Assembly (NCBI RefSeq): GCF_000143415.4
Contig: NW_003314265.1
Span: 2,745,181 to 2,809,180 of the forward strand
Length of the DNA stretch: 64,000 nucleotides
Reading direction: 5' to 3'
DNA from: Selaginella moellendorffii
Lineage: Eukaryota > Plantae > Lycopodiophyta
Shown: piece by piece, positions 62,446 to 64,000 of the stretch
How the letters are laid out: every line of letters starts with the position of its first letter
Position numbering within the stretch: position 1 is the first letter of the stretch
Notes under the pieces: generated by a model
The model's database searches: none
Told to the model about the DNA's origin: nothing
Seen by the model: only the letters and a program-made list of their open reading frames with translations
Translations under genes and position numbers: made by a program

Positions 62446-64000
62446 TGTGAGGGCCAAGTGTATGGCTACGATGCCGTATACTAATATTAGCGTAGTGGGA
62501 TTTTGGTAGCCGTCGGATTGGTTTCAATCCGGACCACTCGCTCCTGTATATAAGCTAGGGTTTTTGGGCTAATTAATATACATATTTCTGTATTCCCTTT
62601 CCATATTCCATGCACTCACGTTGGTGGAGGTGAGGGGCACTTTTGATTGTCCCTGGGGAGTGCTTGGATTTGGGATTTCAGTTTAGATCTAACTTTTGCA
62701 TTGTCTAGATTTAGCTTTTTCCATTTCCTTTCTTTTGTTCTTTCCTTTCAGGATTTTGGTTTAGATTTAGCTTTTTGCATTGTCTAGATCTACCATTTCT
62801 TTCCAGCTTTTTGTCATTTCTCTTCTTTTGCTCTTTCTTTTTCATTTATCTTCATGGCCGATCCGCAATCTCCTCCTTTGACTTTAGAGCAGCAATTGGT
62901 TCAATTTCTTGATGCTATGTGCTTGCAATTGAACAACCAAACTCAGTTGATGGTGGCGTTCACAGCACATGGTACAACTCCTCCTGCTCTTGGTGCCAAT
63001 CCTTGCGTTCGGCCGGAGTTCTTTCGTGGGAATCCTGGGGATGATGTGTACCATTGGTTCGATCATTTTATGGTGATTGCCACATATCATTCTTGGGATG
63101 ATGCTCGACATTTGTGTGAGTTCCCCACATGTCTCCAAGGGACGGCATTGCAGTGGTACAATGGATTGAGCGCAGCCACTCGTGGCGATTGGAGTGTTTT
63201 TCCGGACGTCTTCAAACACGCCTTCGGACATGCCGATGATTGTGATGATGCCTTCCAACAATTGCATCGTCTTCGCCAAGGGCCATCTGAGTCGGTGATG
63301 CAATTTGGTGTTCGTTTCCGAAGTCTTTTGCTTCGTGCGGAGCCAAATATGTTGGAGCGGATCAAGCTAGGAATGTTGTGGCCAGCACTTCGTCAAGATC
63401 TTGTCGGACTTGTGTATGCACTTGCTCCTGCCACTCTTGACGATGCTCTTCACTTGGCACAACGTTATGAGACTTCACCTCTTCCACTTCTTGTTACATG
63501 TCCTTCAGCTCCACTTCCTATGAGTGATGGTCCTGTTCCAATGGAGGTTGATGCTGCTACTACTCGAGTCCAAGGACAAAGGTGAGGATGTGGTCGTGGC
63601 CGTGATGTTTGTTGCTGGGCGTGTGATGAAGTTGGTCATATTTATCAGCATTGTCGGCGCTTTCCGGATTGGCGACTTCCATTTCCTGGGTGGAGACCTT
63701 GGCGTCAGCAACGTCCCATTGGTGCTGCTGTAGTGGAAGGTTTGGATACCGAGGTGCATTCAAGAAACGAGGAGTCGCGCGAGTAATGGAGGGACCTTGC
63801 ACGAATAAGTTAGTGACCCCTCCATCTTTCTTTCGGGAGTATCATCAAGGGGTTCACTCGACACCGGTTCATCCAATGTTTACTTTCCAAGCTCGTTTTT
63901 ATAACAAGAGGTCTCCTATTCTTCTCTCCATGTTGGTTGATACAAGTTCGAGTTTATCTTCTATTGCTCGACTTGTTGCCACATGTTGTCGTCTACACTT
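62446..64000 (+). mobile_element. 5' part of a Gypsy-like LTR retrotransposon (element D) inserted in the Helitron
   Basis: 175-bp LTR 62446-62620 (TGTGAG...CTCACg), PBS TGGTGGAGGTG at 62622 (tRNA-Ala type), gag 62854-63585 (PEFFRG, LRQGPSESV, PVPMEVD), knuckle CWACDEVGHIYQHC, protease LDTGSS. Confidence 0.85.

Overview
Eukaryotic, early-land-plant-type DNA. Tiny ~50-nt introns, PPR-DYW debris and A-type P450s suggest the lycophyte Selaginella (inference). 1-13133 is the right-hand part of a >13-kb DNA transposon. It encodes a Sola-like DDD transposase (+) and a divergently transcribed, multi-exon accessory gene (-) whose product looks like a ParB/Srx-like domain, a degenerate beta-class DNA amino-methyltransferase fold, an acidic linker and an FCP1/NIF-type HAD phosphatase. 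About 29 copies of a 22-bp palindrome (ATGGCRTGWGGCCWCAYGCCAT) are scattered through the element, including inside its short introns. A 287-bp MITE of the same family (49874-50160, 4-bp TSD AGAG) keeps only the TIRs and two palindromes. This is the best candidate for an undescribed system. 13134-30717 is a nest of Gypsy LTR retrotransposons, one with identical LTRs. 32204-40047 holds host genes: a BLUS1/MAP4K-like kinase, a conserved membrane protein and SSRP1. 40141-58432 holds a local duplication (P450, EEF1AKMT4-like methyltransferase, intronless mini-XRN, mini-exon array with PPR debris) with complementary lesions. The two copies are separated by microsatellite, satellite, hAT and foldback debris. 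The window ends with a Helitron remnant hit by another Gypsy element. All domain calls come from motif recognition by eye; no searches were run.
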